Source: Mytilus californianus
Taxonomy: Eukaryota
Direction of reading: 5' to 3'
Length of the DNA stretch: 64,000 nt
Assembly (NCBI RefSeq): GCF_021869535.1
Contig: NW_026262723.1
Span: 23,002,001 to 23,066,000 of the forward strand
Shown: in pieces, positions 62,488 through 64,000 of the stretch
Numbering within the stretch: the stretch's first letter is position 1
Layout: every line of letters starts with the position of its first letter
The notes under the pieces: model-generated
Seen by the model: the letters and a program-made list of their open reading frames with translations, nothing else
What the model was told of the DNA's origin: nothing
Databases searched by the model: none
Position numbers and translations under genes: made by a program

Positions 62488-62536
62488 ACAGTAGCAGAAC
62501 GACACAAATCACATTGAGAAGTCAACATACGATCAT
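62488..62536 (-). other. Candidate first (signal-peptide) exon with an in-frame TGA at codon 5
   Basis: ATG ATC GTA TGT TGA CTT CTC AAT GTG ATT TGT GTC GTT CTG CTA CTG T|gtaagt. The phase-1 donor matches exon 57326, and TATAA lies about 40 nt upstream. Confidence 0.3.
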
Positions 62537-63689
62537 CAACGATAAACAAACGTCTATGAAGTGCGCAAACCTTATAAATGTTTCTAGTCTAGAAAAAGCA
62601 TACACATGTACACACTGAAAACTAAAGATTTACAATATAAACATGATTTGGCTTTGAAAATATTATTTTCAGAATAAACCGGGTAAACTCGTAAGCGTTT
62701 TTGCCGTTCTAAAATGAATATGCAAGGGTAAGATCACAACCTAATGCATACTTTGATTTAGATCTGTACACTGCCATCAAACCGATAATGAATTATAGAA
62801 CTTAATTTAATTTTGAAATTCAGAAATAGAAAAAAGATATGTATGCCAACTAAAATCTGAAAAAAGCGGACTTATTTAGTTTCGTCATACTAGAAGGCAA
62901 ACAGAATATTTTACAGAGGGGACCAACTTAGCTCTTTCGATACATAAATTTTCAGAGTGTTCCTGATAGTCCTAAGAATGATACAAATCGTCCCGAAATT
63001 TTCTAATTTTCAACAACTAAGTATATCTATAAGATGTTCGTTAAATTTGTTTGTCCGAATAATGGTCCTTCGAATTTGACATATTGACTTAATCTCAAAG
63101 TGTTAAGCTTTGTTTCATATGGTAAATTTACTTGAACTCCTCTGGCCTAGCCTACATAGTATACGATATTCAGATTATTGGCATGTTGTTGTGACATATA
63201 TAACGTGAGGGTACCTTAATTGTACATATTTTGACAGATTTTTCACATCCTTTTATTTATGATCCAGACAAAAGTTTCCATTCTGTGTTTATTTTGTAGA
63301 TGTACCATTGTTTTACTGTAGTTCCACCAATTTAATTTTGAATCCATATTGAATCATTGAAAAATGGGTTTGAAATGACCTCCAAACGACACTTGAGACC
63401 GTTATGAGGAGTACCCAACTTGCATCCATGCTTTTTTGTTATTTAATGTTCATTTATTCAGGGTTATATCTGGTATATATACCAGTTTTGATAAGTGTTT
63501 GGTATTACTATAAATTTTCACTTCTTCGAACTATGAACATCAAAATTATTTATTTTGTAAAAATATTTCCTTTCTCCTTTTAAACTGTATACCTCACAAC
63601 AAAATTATTTTCATTTACCTGTGTATAATATTATTGTAAATGGCGGATTTTTGTATAAGGTTATTGTTGTTTTTCTGAAATAGTTTAAC

Positions 63690-64000
63690 ATTTCACAGCG
63701 GTATAATACTGTTACTTTAATTATTCATTCCTTATTTTATTGATTTAGTATTTACATTGTATCATAGATCAAATTTATTCGTTCAGTGTATGTTCACTTG
63801 TGTTAATATGTCTTTTGATCAAGTTAAGCCATTTCAATTGATATTTCATAGTGTGCCTTTCTATGTTGTGATGTTACACTATTGTTTCAGATAAGGGTGA
63901 AGGTTTGGTACCATTAAAACGTTTAAACACGCTGCAATTGTTTGCACCTGTCCTAAGTCAGGAATCTGAGGTTCAGTAGTTGTCGTTTGTTGATGTGGTT
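63690..64000 (+). mobile_element. Retroelement 3'-tail repeat cut by the window edge
   Basis: Matches 49195-49505. Confidence 0.7.

Overview
AT-rich eukaryotic genomic DNA. The interspersed-repeat landscape looks like a bivalve (Mytilus-like), which is inference from recalled repeat sequences, not a search. Almost the whole window is one intron-rich minus-strand gene. I could place 28 exons with GT-AG boundaries (57326 down to 271, about 24 kb coding, about 8,000 aa); their phases join in frame except for one unplaced exon inside the first SEA domain. Domain order N to C: pro-segment, KRRKR furin-type site, SEA1, about 5,900 aa of Ser/Thr-rich mucin in four giant exons, SEA2, 11 single-exon EGF modules, SEA3, EGF, PKD repeats, REJ module. 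The gene then runs off the left edge. This is a polycystin-1/REJ-family-like protein carrying a giant membrane-mucin-type ectodomain. The signal-peptide exon is also not securely located. One mucin exon contains a hierarchical 36/72/252-bp repeat. Introns hold Penelope-like retroelement tails, hammerhead-ribozyme-bearing retrozyme-like repeats, a decayed Tc1 element, several MITEs (two apparently identical copies 0.9 kb apart), Helentron-type elements with internal satellites, and foldback palindromes. No rRNA, tRNA or CRISPR array was seen.
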